A DNA stretch of 64,000 nucleotides from Ginglymostoma cirratum (lineage: Eukaryota): assembly GCA_024137785.1 (NCBI GenBank), contig JAHRHZ010000051.1, positions 16,994,291 through 17,058,290 of the forward strand. The letters run 5' to 3'. Below the pieces are notes generated by a model. It was not told where the DNA came from. It made no database searches and saw nothing but the letters and a program-made list of their open reading frames with translations. Below are positions 62,990 to 64,000 of the stretch, piece by piece. A program made the translations under genes and the position numbers. The stretch's first letter is position 1; each line of letters opens with the position of its first letter.

Positions 62990-63250
62990 CCTAAAACTAG
63001 AGGGCATAGCTTTAAGGTGAGAGTGAAAAGATTTAAAAGGAACCTAACGGGCAACTTTTTCATGCAGAGGGTGATGTGTGTAAGATGAGCTGCCAGAGGA
63101 AGTGGTGGAGGTGGGTACAATGATCACATTTAAAATGCCTCTGGATGGGTATATGAATAGGAAGAGTTTAGAAGGATATGGGCCAAATGTTAGCAAATGG
63201 GACTAGATTTATATAGGATACTTAGTCAGCATGGACGAGTTGGGCGGAAG
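62990..63250 (+). mobile_element. CR1-type LINE 3' end
   Basis: KTRGHSFKVR.ERFKRNL.GNFF.QRV; reverse-complement similar to 44225-44522. Confidence 0.85.
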
Positions 63251-63314
63251 AGAACTTTATCGATGTTGCCATTAGCTTGTCAGCCTTCCAGTGTTTGAAC
63301 ACCTTTCCAAATCT

Positions 63315-63560
63315 CTACACTGACATACGCAATACTGAGGGAGTCCGCACTGTCTGCGATGCCATCATTTAGTTGAAACATCAACTCTTGGTTGGGTGTA
63401 AAGGATTCGGTGCCATTATTTGAAAGAAGTGTTATCTCCCATATCCCAACCAATATTTATTCCCTGAGCTAATATTGCAAAAGACAAATCATCTGGCCAT
63501 TATGACGGGGGAGTGGGCTTGCTGTGTGCAAACGCGCTGTTGCATTCCCTGCACTTGGCT
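63315..63560 (+). mobile_element. Degenerate Deu-domain SINE abutting the CpG promoter
   Basis: ATACTGAGGGAGTCCGCACTGTC...GTAAAGGATTCGGTGCCATTATTTGAA...CCAATATTTATTCCCT...CTTGCTGTGTGCAAA. Confidence 0.6.
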
Positions 63561-63599
63561 GCCCTCCAGAGGTGATAAATTGCCAGTGCATTGCTACAA

Positions 63600-63815
63600 G
63601 GTCCACCACAATGCAACCTATCACTGCACCGGCAGAGGGACACGGGGAAACATCGCGAGGCTTTCCCCTTTGGTCCAGGGATCCCGCGCATGCGGCCTGT
63701 CCCCACACCGGCGGCCGCCATCTTGGTTGTCAGAGGCCCTGCAGCCGGAGCTGGGGTCGGGGCCTGGTGGGGACCGCGCTGGTGTCAGTCCCGGGGATTG
63801 GTGTCTGAGGTGAGC
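63600..63815 (+). promoter_or_regulatory. CpG-island promoter and likely non-coding first exon of a neighbouring gene (unidentified)
   Basis: NRF1-type CGCGCATGCG at 63685-63694, YY1 motif GCCGCCATCTTG at 63714-63725, high CpG density and a strong donor GAG|gtgagc after 63809. Confidence 0.7.
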
Positions 63816-64000
63816 CCGGCTAATGCACACACACACTCTCTCCTGTTCAGTCGAGTATTTCCAGCGGTTTAATTCTCAATCCTTTCTTTACGGCGATACA
63901 GATGCGGCATGTTTACTGTCTCTGACTGTTGCCCACCCCCACGTAACTCTCACAGTCATTCAAATACACACCGGGGTTACTATTAAACACCATCAGTTAG

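Noticed and set aside
63469-63872. Multiple ORFs including minus-strand MAAAGVGTG...
   Set aside because: The AAGATGGCGGC is best explained as a YY1 site; the ORF runs into SINE sequence and GC-richness explains the open frames.

Overview
Vertebrate genomic DNA, most likely an elasmobranch (shark), inferred from an HE1/V-SINE, Deu-type SINEs and abundant CR1/L2/RTE/Penelope-like fragments. The window holds one complete protein-coding gene, TFAP2A (AP-2 alpha), on the minus strand. Common exons 2-7 lie at 22616-33221 and a long 3'UTR ends near 21.35 kb. Three known alternative first exons are recognisable: MRMLWKLADNIKYEECE, MSILGKMGDWQ and MLVHSFSAM. The MRMLWK isoform assembles to 1320 nt (439 aa plus stop). 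There is also a candidate fourth first exon (54 aa, bipartite-NLS-like) and a GC-AG intron 3. The gene sits in a ~27 kb almost transposon-free core rich in candidate enhancers, flanked by repeat-dense DNA. Several Penelope-like insertions have inverted architecture and minimal hammerhead-ribozyme motifs; one has a perfect 14-bp TSD. A 170-nt assembly gap lies in intron 3, and a CpG-rich NRF1/YY1 promoter with a first exon of an unidentified plus-strand gene is at the right end. I found no prokaryote-style system (CRISPR, operon) and cannot support a wholly new biological system. The best leads are the extra TFAP2A first exon and the ribozyme-bearing inverted Penelope elements.
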